DNA of 64,000 nt from a bacterium (GTDB taxonomy: Bacteria; SAR324; NAC60-12). The stretch is from the NCBI GenBank assembly GCA_965233585.1, contig CBDDTI010000747.1, positions 512,001-576,000 of the forward strand. Direction: 5' to 3'. A model generated the notes under the pieces. That model made no database searches, had not been told where the DNA came from, and saw only the letters and a program-made list of their open reading frames with translations. Position 1 is the first letter of the stretch. Each line of letters starts with the position of its first letter. The position numbers and the translations under genes are program-made. Below, piece by piece: positions 57,268 through 64,000 of this stretch.

Positions 57268-59241
57268 ATGAAGCACTTTAAAAGTTCTTTAAGTCATTTT
57301 TTCGTTGGTTTGTTATGGTCAGGGACAGCAGTTTTACACTATTGGAGCATCAATGGCAAACTGCATCACATTCTTAGCTTTTTTAAAGAAGCCCTTCCAA
57401 TCATTGTTGTTGGTGCGGTGCTTTATTGGCTTCTTTCGTTCTTCATTCTTTGCAAAGCGACCAAGAATCCACAACGTTGGTTGTCAGTGCAACTTGGCTT
57501 TTCTATCTTCTTTCTATTTATTGGACCTCATCGGCAATTAAACCATACGATACATGGTTTACTCTTCCTCACCTACGTCAGCATACTTGGATTTTTAGTC
57601 ATTTGGTTATGCTGGAGGTTTCACCAAAAAGTCAAGCCTCTTATCTTCATTTTCCTGCTTGCCTTTGGTGCATCAAGAGCATATGAATCGTTGGTCTTTT
57701 TAAATGAACAGTATCAGGACTATCAAGCCTTAAAAGCATCATTTTCAAGAGAAAGTGCCAAAGAGTTTCTTGACAAATTTAAGCAACATGATGACTTCCA
57801 ACACAAATTCAACATCTACCAGCTTTCTACTGACTCTTATCCCAGTTTAGTAGGAATCAAACGTTTTGGTATAGACAATTCTGACTTTTATCAATGGCTT
57901 GACGAAAAAGGATTTAGAACTTATCCAAATGCCGCATCAAATAGTGCTGATACATTTCGAACTTTGAACATGATGTGGAGAATGGAACTCTCATTTCCTG
58001 AACATTTAGAAAACCTCACTTACGAATCTTATTTTGGTAAAAATGAGGTCTTTGCAAGATTGATCAATCAGAACTATGCCATTTATTGTGATTATCCTTG
58101 TACAGCCCATGAAAGATCGCCCAAACCACCAATTTTTGCAAACTTAAAACCAGCATCAGGAACTAACACCACCTATTCTTTTTTCACAGGTTACTTTTTT
58201 GGATATTACTTTTCAAATGAGTTGGTTGAGTGGCTTGCAGGTCCAAGAGATGCTATGCCAAATGAAACGGGGGCATACGTTGACTCTTATCTTAACGCCC
58301 AAGCAGATTTTCAGCTTCTAAAGCAAGCTGGATTGGTGGAAAACACGTATATTTTTCTTCATAACATCACAGAATTTCCCAGACTGCAAAGTATAGCAGA
58401 GAGTATTAATTCGGGATTAAAAACCATCATTGAAGACATTTTAAAAAAAGATCCTGGGAGTATGATTATTGTGAGTAGCGATCATGGGAATCGTCCGGAA
58501 TGGACGGTGCCGTATGGTGATATTCCGCTACATAACTTTGGTGTCATTCAAGCCATCTATTGGCCCCAAGTTTGTAGGCGATTTCGTGATGTAGAAGTCC
58601 TCACAGGTGTTAATTTCTTTCGTTATATTTTTGCCTGTTTGAACGGCTGGAAAAAACCCAAACATTTGGAGCCTAACGATGGGCATATGGTCTACGTTTC
58701 AAAAAACGCTGACTTTCAGAAATATAATGGGATTTTTCTTGGGGTTAAAAATGGCAAATTTCTTGACTACCCCAAAGAAATTAATGGAAAGTTTAGTCAG
58801 CAAGAAATTATAGAACTTCTCACAGATTCATCGCAGCACAATATCTTTACTAAAAAACTATATTCTGTAGAAGGAGAATCTGCCATTAATTCAACAGGTC
58901 TTCGGCATTTATGCGATGGAGGAAAAAGTTTATGCATCATGGCTCCTTCAGAAGTCATTTATCCCCTTGAAGGTGATGAGTCTCATTTGAGTTTTAGTTA
59001 TGGAATTGAAGAAAACGCTCTATCAAATCAACACGAAGGAATCTATTTTCAAATCTTTTTAAAAAGTAGCAACAAAGAGGAGAAGATATGGGAAAGTTTT
59101 ATTGAACCTCAACAGCGATATGTCAAAAATGCGAGTATTGAGATTCCAATGAATACCTTTCAAGAAATAAGGTTCAAAAATAGCTGTCCCAAGCAATGTG
59201 TTGAGGCTTGGGGACTTTGGGGAGACTTCAAGATTCGCTGA
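57268..59241 (+). CDS. Membrane-anchored sulfatase/alkaline-phosphatase superfamily protein
   Basis: About 5 N-terminal TMs, NIYQLSTDSY, IIVSSDHG; C-terminal beta-sandwich. Confidence 0.65.
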   Translation: MKHFKSSLSHFFVGLLWSGTAVLHYWSINGKLHHILSFFKEALPIIVVGAVLYWLLSFFILCKATKNPQRWLSVQLGFSIFFLFIGPHRQLNHTIHGLLFLTYVSILGFLVIWLCWRFHQKVKPLIFIFLLAFGASRAYESLVFLNEQYQDYQALKASFSRESAKEFLDKFKQHDDFQHKFNIYQLSTDSYPSLVGIKRFGIDNSDFYQWLDEKGFRTYPNAASNSADTFRTLNMMWRMELSFPEHLENLTYESYFGKNEVFARLINQNYAIYCDYPCTAHERSPKPPIFANLKPASGTNTTYSFFTGYFFGYYFSNELVEWLAGPRDAMPNETGAYVDSYLNAQADFQLLKQAGLVENTYIFLHNITEFPRLQSIAESINSGLKTIIEDILKKDPGSMIIVSSDHGNRPEWTVPYGDIPLHNFGVIQAIYWPQVCRRFRDVEVLTGVNFFRYIFACLNGWKKPKHLEPNDGHMVYVSKNADFQKYNGIFLGVKNGKFLDYPKEINGKFSQQEIIELLTDSSQHNIFTKKLYSVEGESAINSTGLRHLCDGGKSLCIMAPSEVIYPLEGDESHLSFSYGIEENALSNQHEGIYFQIFLKSSNKEEKIWESFIEPQQRYVKNASIEIPMNTFQEIRFKNSCPKQCVEAWGLWGDFKIR

Positions 59242-59322
59242 CCTTGCTAAAATTGAGACCTTTTGTTAGAATGTCTTGTTTTGCCTTGAACAATGATTTC
59301 TCTGACGCTTTTCAAGTAGTTT

Positions 59323-59571
59323 ATGCCGAAAGTAAAAAAATCTGTATCGTTTGAAGACTCTTTACAAAAACTGGAGAAATCTGTTGAGCAATTAGAAAGT
59401 GGAACGCTTTCACTGGAAGAATCGCTGTCTCTTTTTGAAGACGGGATTCGTTTAAGCCGACAATGCAATCGTTTTTTAGAAGAAGCTGATAAGCGGATTG
59501 AAATGATTTTGAAGAATGAACGAGGTGAGTATATTCAAGAGGTCTTACCAATAGAAGAGTCTGATCTTTAG
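59323..59571 (+). CDS. xseB: Exodeoxyribonuclease VII small subunit
   Basis: SFEDSLQKLE..VEQLESG.LSLEESL..FEDGI. Confidence 0.93.
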   Translation: MPKVKKSVSFEDSLQKLEKSVEQLESGTLSLEESLSLFEDGIRLSRQCNRFLEEADKRIEMILKNERGEYIQEVLPIEESDL

Positions 59572-59689
59572 ATAGATTTACGACTTTTATTGTCACAGCA
59601 CCTTTCTCGTGTTGTGATTCTCATGCCCTTCCCTTCTAAAATTGCATGTTGGCAAACTCTATCTCTAATTTAGAATTAAGGTTTGACTC

Positions 59690-62350
59690 ATGGATGACAT
59701 GTTAAAAAAGCGGATGCTCATCAATGCAGAATATGATGAGACACGCATTGCAATAGTAGAAAATCAAAGACTAGAAAATTTTTACTTTGAAAAAATAGAG
59801 CAACACAGAAGGCGCGATAACATTTATTGTGCGGTTGTTGAAACGATTGAACCCTCTTTGCAAGCGGTGTTCATTAATTATGGTGGAAGAAGGCATGGCT
59901 TTTTGGCAATAGATGATGTCAATTTTGCTGCGCTTGGCATTGTGCAAGAGCCTCAAACAACTCTTAAAATTCAGGATATTCTCAAGATTGGGCAAAAAGT
60001 TTTAGTGCAAGGTCTGCGAGATGAAATTGGCAACAAATGTGCCTCTTTTTCAATGAATTTAAAGTTGCGTGGACGGTTCATGATTTTTTTGCCACACCAG
60101 AGGAACGGGATTGTCTCCAAAAAAATTACTGACCCCCAAGAACATCAACGTCTGAAGATTTTTATTGAGGGTTTAAAAAACTCTCATCAAGATTCCTCCG
60201 CTATCATTCGTTCCGTTTCAGAGGGGCGGAGTCTGTCTGACTTGAAAAAAGATTTTATTGCTTTGCAAGGTCAGTATCAAACCATCTGCCAGCAATTTTC
60301 CAAAGCAAGGGGTGGTTCTTTGCTTCAGCAGGAAGCAAGCACTGCGATACGCATCTTGCGTGAAGATTTTTCAGAAACTATGACAGAAGTTTGTGTTGAC
60401 CACCCTGAAACTTTTCAAGACGTCCAATATTTCTTCAAACAACACCTTCCTAAATACCAAAAGAACGTCAAACTTTATCTGGGGAATCGTTCTATTTTCA
60501 CAGAGTATGGAATTGAAAGGCAGGTTGAAGCCTTACAGTCTAGTCAGGTAGCGTTGCCCTCGGGTGGTGGAATTGTGATAGACCAGACGGAGGCGCTGGT
60601 TGCGATTGATGTCAATTCAGGCTCTGCACGACAAGGAGACTCTGTTGAAGAAACCGCCATTCGTACTAATCTTGAGGCAGTAGAAGAGATTGCCAAGCAG
60701 TTGCGGTTGCGAAATTTGGGCGGTTTGGTGGTCGTGGACTTCATTGATATGCGTTCTCCTGCCAATCGTAAAGAAGTTGTTGAGGCAATGCGGCTTGCAA
60801 CAAAAAGAGACCGCGCTCAGTTTAAACTTGGTGGAATTTCTAAGTTTGGCTTGTTTGAGATGAGTCGTCAACGCATGGACAGTAGTGTCATGCAAAATGT
60901 CCAAAACAGATGTCCAGCCTGTCGTGGTACAGGACTACAACCCACGTCTGAAACCAATGCAAATGATGTGTTGCGAAAAATCAGAGAAATTGCAGCACTA
61001 GAGCAGGTTATAAAAATTAAGGTCTTTGTTGACCATACTTTAGCAAGCCATTTGTTTAACTATAAACGTTCACATCTTGAAGAAATTGAATTGGCAAGCG
61101 GGGTGCAAGTCCTTTGGGAAATCAAGACACCTGATCTTTTGAATGGACAGACCATTTTTGAGTTTTTGCGTGCAGGGCAAAGCAGATACAAACAATTCGT
61201 TTTCCGAGATAAGCCTTTGCCCGCCCTTCCTAAAACTACTACACCTGAACATGACCCCGTTGAAAAAAAATTACCGGAGCCACCAGTCCCTAAAATACCT
61301 CACTTAAAGATCGTTTCAGAACAGACAGAAATTCCAAGTAAAAAGGAGGTTCCTACCCAAGAACAAACGTTGCAAATTCTTCCCTTCCCCCAAGAAAAGC
61401 AAGAGAAAGCAACGCCTCCAAAGACTGAAGAACGCATTCAAGTCATCTCTCAAGAAAAGACAGAATCAGCTCCGAACGAGGTCAAATCTGGCAAACTTTT
61501 TTCAAGTGTCCATCGTCCCTATCCTGAAGATGCAGTTCCCCTTCCTAAAATTCCTGAAAAGCAAAACCAGTGGCAGGACGTTCCTATCTTTACAACCATT
61601 TATCGCAGCGAACATCAAGAAGAAAACACTACCCAAGCACCTTTGATTGAAGCGATTGAAGATGAAGAGGCTCTGGCTAAACCTAAAAAGAAGGCAGTCA
61701 AAGCACCAACTAGAACAAAGAAGAAAGCAGATGCTTCCCCTGAAACAACAGAAGTCAATGCTGATGTGGTTCAACATAAGCAAACACCCGTTGAAGCCAA
61801 ACTTGATGAGTCTGTTCAAGCACCTTTGATTGAAGCGATTGAAGATGAAGAGGCTCTGGCTAAACCTAAAAAGAAGGCAGTCAAAGCACCAACTAGAACA
61901 AAGAAGAAAGCAGATGCTTCCCCTGAAACAACAGAAGTCAATGCTGATGTGGTTCAACATAAGCAAACACCCGTTGAAGCCAAACTTGATGAGTCTGTTC
62001 AAGCACCTTTGATTGAAGCGATTGAAGATGAAGAGGCTCTGGCTAAACCTAAAAAGAAGGCAGTCAAAGCACCAACTAGAACAAAGAAGAAAGCAGATGC
62101 TTCCCCTGAAACGACAGCAGTCAACGTTGATAGCAGTGCCTTAGCTGAACAAGCAACTGCTGAAACCAAACTTGATGAGTCTGTTCAAGCACCTTTGATT
62201 GAAGCGATTGAAGATGAAGAGGCTCTGGCTAAACCTAAAAAGAAAAAAACAACTACTGTTAAAAAAGAGGACAAACCTAAGAAGAAAGCAACCAGTAGAA
62301 AGAAAAAAACGGCATCTGATGACTCTGTTGCTGATGAAAAAAACTCATGA
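59690..62350 (+). CDS. rne: Ribonuclease E/G family with a long disordered C-terminus
   Basis: MLINA...ETRIAIV, S1 domain, TEALVAIDVNSG, LRLRNLGGLVVVDFIDM, CPACRGTG. Confidence 0.93.
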   Translation: MDDMLKKRMLINAEYDETRIAIVENQRLENFYFEKIEQHRRRDNIYCAVVETIEPSLQAVFINYGGRRHGFLAIDDVNFAALGIVQEPQTTLKIQDILKIGQKVLVQGLRDEIGNKCASFSMNLKLRGRFMIFLPHQRNGIVSKKITDPQEHQRLKIFIEGLKNSHQDSSAIIRSVSEGRSLSDLKKDFIALQGQYQTICQQFSKARGGSLLQQEASTAIRILREDFSETMTEVCVDHPETFQDVQYFFKQHLPKYQKNVKLYLGNRSIFTEYGIERQVEALQSSQVALPSGGGIVIDQTEALVAIDVNSGSARQGDSVEETAIRTNLEAVEEIAKQLRLRNLGGLVVVDFIDMRSPANRKEVVEAMRLATKRDRAQFKLGGISKFGLFEMSRQRMDSSVMQNVQNRCPACRGTGLQPTSETNANDVLRKIREIAALEQVIKIKVFVDHTLASHLFNYKRSHLEEIELASGVQVLWEIKTPDLLNGQTIFEFLRAGQSRYKQFVFRDKPLPALPKTTTPEHDPVEKKLPEPPVPKIPHLKIVSEQTEIPSKKEVPTQEQTLQILPFPQEKQEKATPPKTEERIQVISQEKTESAPNEVKSGKLFSSVHRPYPEDAVPLPKIPEKQNQWQDVPIFTTIYRSEHQEENTTQAPLIEAIEDEEALAKPKKKAVKAPTRTKKKADASPETTEVNADVVQHKQTPVEAKLDESVQAPLIEAIEDEEALAKPKKKAVKAPTRTKKKADASPETTEVNADVVQHKQTPVEAKLDESVQAPLIEAIEDEEALAKPKKKAVKAPTRTKKKADASPETTAVNVDSSALAEQATAETKLDESVQAPLIEAIEDEEALAKPKKKKTTTVKKEDKPKKKATSRKKKTASDDSVADEKNS
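61634..62244 (+). repeat. 183-bp (61 aa) tandem repeat, about 3.3 copies, in the RNase E scaffold region
   Basis: Units start at 61634, 61817, 62000, 62186: QAPLIEAIEDEEALAKPKKKAVKAPTRTKKKADASPETT... Confidence 0.93.
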
Positions 62351-63219
62351 AGTGGGGAATCACTGGTGCAGGAGGAATGCTAGCACTGGATTTGCAAGAA
62401 GTTTTGAAATCTACCGAGAGAAAGTGGATTGCATGGGGAAGGTCAGAATTGGACATCGTCAACATGGAGAGTGTGCGGAACGCCTTGACACAGGAAAAAC
62501 CTGATGTAGTTGTGAACTGTGCCGCTTTCACCAAAGTTGACGAGGCGGAAGTCAGACAAACAGAAGCACTTGAGGTCAATGTTACAGGAGCAAAAAACCT
62601 TGCCAAAATCTGTGCAGACCTAAAAATCAAGCTCATTCATCTTTCCACAGATTTTGTGTTTGATGGCAATAGCAACTCCCCTTACGCTGTCCATGCTGAA
62701 TCAAACCCTATCAACTTTTATGGTAGGAGTAAGCGAGATGGAGAATTGGCTGTTTTACAAGCGGCTGACCAAAATCTTGTGTTGCGGGTGTCGTGGCTTT
62801 ACGGCAAGCATGGGACAAACTTTGTCAAAACCATGTTGAAGTTAGCCACCACTCAAAAAACTTTAAAAGTGGTTTCTGACCAACAGGGTTCTCCAACGTG
62901 GACGATGGACGCATCTCATGCACTGACCAAGCTGGCAGAAAGGAATGCCTGCGGCATCTTCCATTATTCAAATACAGGGATTTGTAGTTGGTACGAGTTT
63001 GCATCTAAAATTTTTCTAAAAGCTGATGAAGTAGGATTGATTCAGGACATTCCACAAATCCAACCCATTCCCACAACAGAATATCCAACGTTGGCAAAGC
63101 GTCCTGTGTTTTCAGCTTTGGACACAAGTGCCTATTACACACTTTGTCAAGAACAACCGCCTTTTTGGAAGGATAGTCTTGCACAAGCCCTTCCAAGTTT
63201 TTCAACTCCTTCAACTTAA
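62347..63219 (+). CDS. rfbD: dTDP-4-dehydrorhamnose reductase
   Basis: ITGAGGMLA, NCAAFTKVD, STDFVFDG, YGRSK, DQQGSPT. Confidence 0.95.
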   Translation: MKWGITGAGGMLALDLQEVLKSTERKWIAWGRSELDIVNMESVRNALTQEKPDVVVNCAAFTKVDEAEVRQTEALEVNVTGAKNLAKICADLKIKLIHLSTDFVFDGNSNSPYAVHAESNPINFYGRSKRDGELAVLQAADQNLVLRVSWLYGKHGTNFVKTMLKLATTQKTLKVVSDQQGSPTWTMDASHALTKLAERNACGIFHYSNTGICSWYEFASKIFLKADEVGLIQDIPQIQPIPTTEYPTLAKRPVFSALDTSAYYTLCQEQPPFWKDSLAQALPSFSTPST

Positions 63220-63226
63220 CTTCCCA

Positions 63227-64000
63227 TTGACCCAACTGCTCAAAACACTCATTGACCAGAGGTACATGATTCATGTCATGGCAATGAGTGATTTAAAAAA
63301 CCGCTATATTGAATCATTTTTTGGCTTTTTTTGGTCTGTGATTCAGCCGTGCTTACTAGTGGGAGTCTTTTGGTTTGTTTTTACACTTGGATTTAAAATT
63401 AATTCTCATGGAGAGTATCCTTTTCTCATCTGGTTTCTTTGTGGATTTGCACCATGGAGTCACTTTAGCGAGATGGTTCAACTGACAACACAATCTGTCG
63501 TCAATCACAAATCATTGATTAAAAAAACTCTTTTCCCTTCTGAAGTGCTTCCTTTTATTTACTTATTTTCCACAAGTGTCGGTCACTTCATCATGGTTGG
63601 TTTTTTGATTGTGATTGTTCCTTTTTATGAGATTCCTTTTTCGTGGTATTGGCTTCAATTACCATACTATTGGATTGCTATGAGCTTTTTTTCTGTAGGG
63701 TTAAGCTGGCTTGCCTCAGGTGTCAATGTGTTTTTGAGGGACATAGGTCAAATGATTCCAATCGTGATGCAGATTTGGTTTTGGGGAACACCTGTCTTTT
63801 GGCATCTTGGTATGTTTCCAGAAAGATACCACTGGATTTTAAAATCTAATCCTATGTTTTACATCATTCAAGGCTATCGTGATGCAGTCTTGTCAGAAAA
63901 ATGGTTCTGGGAGTCTAGCAATTTGACTCTGATGTATTGGATTGTGGCACTCACAGTTTTTATAGTTGGGGGGCTTTTATTTAAAAGATTGCAACGGGAA
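63227..64000 (+). CDS. ABC-2 polysaccharide exporter permease Wzm (runs off window end)
   Basis: Not in the ORF track. Manual translation: ...MAMSDLKNRYIESFFGFFWSVIQP...FLRDIGQMIP...WFWGTPVFW...SNPMFYIIQGYRD; start TTG 63227 or ATG 63266. Confidence 0.88.
   Translation, partial: MTQLLKTLIDQRYMIHVMAMSDLKNRYIESFFGFFWSVIQPCLLVGVFWFVFTLGFKINSHGEYPFLIWFLCGFAPWSHFSEMVQLTTQSVVNHKSLIKKTLFPSEVLPFIYLFSTSVGHFIMVGFLIVIVPFYEIPFSWYWLQLPYYWIAMSFFSVGLSWLASGVNVFLRDIGQMIPIVMQIWFWGTPVFWHLGMFPERYHWILKSNPMFYIIQGYRDAVLSEKWFWESSNLTLMYWIVALTVFIVGGLLFKRLQRE

Noticed and set aside
61502..62504. Alternative-frame ORFs within the rne repeat
   Set aside because: By-products of the 183-bp repeat in other frames and on the other strand.

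Overview
Mostly core chromosome of an AT-rich (roughly 40% GC by eye) Gram-negative bacterium. The gene content (RomR-like regulator, MqnP-like UbiA, GT9, Lpt, Tol) suggests a deltaproteobacterial/SAR324-like lineage, but this is inference only. Housekeeping genes include dnaA (partial), alr, pheT, dgkA, uvrB, era, infA, mreB, argS, HU, tolB, tldD, lysC, nuoM, xseB, rne, rfbD and wzm (partial), plus tRNA-Cys and tRNA-Leu. The best candidate novel system is a compositionally distinct two-gene insert right after tRNA-Leu (40177-43145). It encodes a cytoplasmic LRR protein of 16 exact 63-bp units (42 bp invariant plus 21 bp variable, shuffled combinatorially), translationally coupled to a DEDD exonuclease/coiled-coil/J-domain protein, consistent with a diversifying-sensor plus effector module. 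Other notable items: two lipoproteins sharing an unnamed N-terminal domain but carrying different beta-propellers (Kelch vs RCC1), one frameshifted at a G8 tract in its signal peptide; a DNA methyltransferase with an in-frame TGA at a Cys position; a XerD-like recombinase with three substituted catalytic residues; a fungal Hom3-like aspartokinase; an orphan PhzE-like synthase; a BglII-like R-M pair; and a REP/BIME-like palindrome cluster.
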